Assembly: GCA_004764695.1 (NCBI GenBank)
Contig: SMSO01000031.1
Span: 7,484,761-7,548,760, forward strand
Direction: 5' to 3'
Source: Schizochytrium sp. TIO01
Taxonomy: Eukaryota; Protista; Bigyra: Labyrinthulomycetes
Length of the DNA stretch: 64,000 nucleotides
This document shows, piece after piece, positions 62,001-64,000 of this stretch; the first letter of the stretch is position 1, and each line of letters opens with the position of its first letter. Below the pieces are notes generated by a model. The model did no database searches and was not told the DNA's origin. It saw nothing but the letters and a program-made list of their open reading frames with translations. The translations under genes and the position numbers were made by a program.

Positions 62001-64000
62001 TGTTGTAGTTTGTGGGCGCGAAATAAACAGTCTTGTGGTGCGATGCAATGAATCATTGATTAGGCACTGGTAATGGCACGAACATAGCAACCATTCGTCT
62101 AGCTCAATATCCGGATTGTGCAGCAAGTGTCCATAGTTCTTTTCTCTTAGATAAAAAAGTGTTATTAAAAAAGTTTAATATGTATATATAATATATAACC
62201 TCTTTAGTAAAATAAAAGCTAGCACACATTCTCATCCCGTGTGATTAATCAATCTCTTCTACCAAAAGTTGTTTACTATGGTCTATAAATGAAAACACTT
62301 TGTCCAAAAAAAAAAGAAACAAACATCTCTTTGTTCTTGACTTTACGATCTACCTAGGTACTACCAACTAAGCCTACGAGGGGAAGCACCGAGTAATCAA
62401 TGCAAGAGCAAGATGAAAAAATCAAAAAAGTCTCGTTGTTTTATAATGCAGAGTGAAGCCTTCATCAACCCCCTACAGATAAGTGATGAAACCTAAATCG
62501 CGGTAAGTCATCGCATTTTCCATGAAGGACCCGATTCCTTGTGGGTGTTTCTCCCTTAGATAAGAATAAAAAATATAGAAAAACCTTGGAAAGCAGTTCT
62601 ATTTCTATATGGAATTGGGCTTCTCAAGAAAGTGTTCTGTCTGAAGGACTGACTGGCTGGCATGATAGTTAGAGTGCTTCTCTAGAAGTAACGGTAGAGA
62701 GGACAATTCTCTCCCAAGCTTTATGAATGTAAACTCAATACTTCTTTTGTTTTACTATTGGATTGATTAATTGGTATCCTTCGTGACTTAGGTCATCCTA
62801 TTTCATATATATATAATATGTAAACAAAAATAAATAAAAGCAAAAAACTTTTGTTCATAAAAATTACAAGAATTGCCATACAATTCAACACACTAACTTT
62901 TGCTGCTACCTACTAAACTGTTCTTTATTCCCAACATATAAAACAAAAAGTTTTCTAACCTTCACCTTCACCTTTTCACTTGGATTATCTTGATTAATTG
63001 AATAGATATGCGTATAGACAGCTGTGGCTTCCTTTCGAATTGGAATGACGAGCTCCTTATTTTGATGATGATTTCGGGATAATCGAGAAAAAGATTTTGG
63101 CAATAAATCTGACACACCATCGCGCGCAGGTTAACGTGCATTATTTGTCAGCTAAATGACTAAGGGAGACCATTCCAATTGCTTTGGAGAAACATTTGAA
63201 TGTGAATCGCTACTTCGTTGCAAAATTGCACATTTTACATCAACGCACCATCAACGCATGAAGCAACCCCATGGTCACGAATCAACTAATAAGCCTTTCT
63301 TAACTTTTGAAGAACACAACAAGGAACAAGGACGAGATAATTGGTAAACGTATGATAAAGAGGTACAGAATGAAGTCATTGTTGCATCACGAATCTGATA
63401 AACTTTCTTCTTTTCTTGAAGATAGGCTACTTGCAGATAAAAGATGTAACACAGCATCCCAAAATGTTGATAAGGTAATGTTTCATAATAGCATAAGGAG
63501 ATCAATTCTGAATGCTCTCAATGCACTCTACCACTCAAGGTTAGTAAAGAAGTTATCGAGTTGTTATAATAATTTTACCGAATAGGTTGAAGATAGATGG
63601 ACCTATGCAATTGTGCGTCCATTAGTTATTCGGATCGTCGTATGGATCATAACTTATTTTATCATCCGTTAAAGCAAAAAATAGATAGTGTCATCAAATA
63701 TATTACGCATAGAGATTCTACAAGCATTCCAATGGTATCATTATCTTCTATTCGACTTCGTGGGCTTTTAATCGGATAAATTAGAATATATGCATTATAA
63801 TTCCTCTATACCACCATTATTGAGATACATTGTACCTGTCCAGCTGGTCAGGATGAAAAGTAATATGCACCGAAATAGATCAAATGAAACTTTTAGGAGT
63901 GTAGTGTCTATTCTTCAACCAGGTTTACTTTCTTGATTGGGAGTCTACTGGCAATTTCCCCATAAGCCTGCTTGCTTGCTTGCTTTTAATGCTTAAAGAT

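Noticed and set aside
63470-63540. ILNALNALYH resembling VLNYLNALYN of the shared domain
   Set aside because: Short low-information match; none of the other domain motifs are nearby.

Overview
Eukaryotic, intron-poor, microsatellite-rich DNA. A thraustochytrid/labyrinthulomycete-like stramenopile is my inference from style only. Six real genes are supportable. At the left end is a 5'-partial START + 2x EDR2_C (DUF1336) lipid-transfer-type gene on the + strand. The other five are co-oriented minus-strand paralogs (A 4.7-7.0 kb, B 21.6-26.3 kb, C 27.9-32.3 kb, D 36.5-39.4 kb, E 41.8-46.7 kb). They share a ~200-260 aa helical domain I do not recognise, ending in F-x-x-W-[CL]-A-[AG]-[VI]-L-[YK] and followed by a basic NLS-like patch. 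In A and D the domain is C-terminal to a long polyQ/Ser region, a transcription-factor-like layout. In B, C and E it is followed by a hydrophobic/amphipathic segment, a HET/TIR-like domain retaining RxWCWxE, kinesin-light-chain-type TPRs and a degenerate receiver-like domain. This cluster is the best candidate for an undescribed signalling, immunity or allorecognition system. Five of the six genes are broken by single-base frameshifts, most likely long-read indel errors. The rest is long non-coding DNA with microsatellites, a GC island carrying a TTCAAA array and E2F-like sites, quasi-periodic AT-rich islands, a recurrent GTACCTAC motif, and a ~17 kb stretch without convincing genes at the right end.
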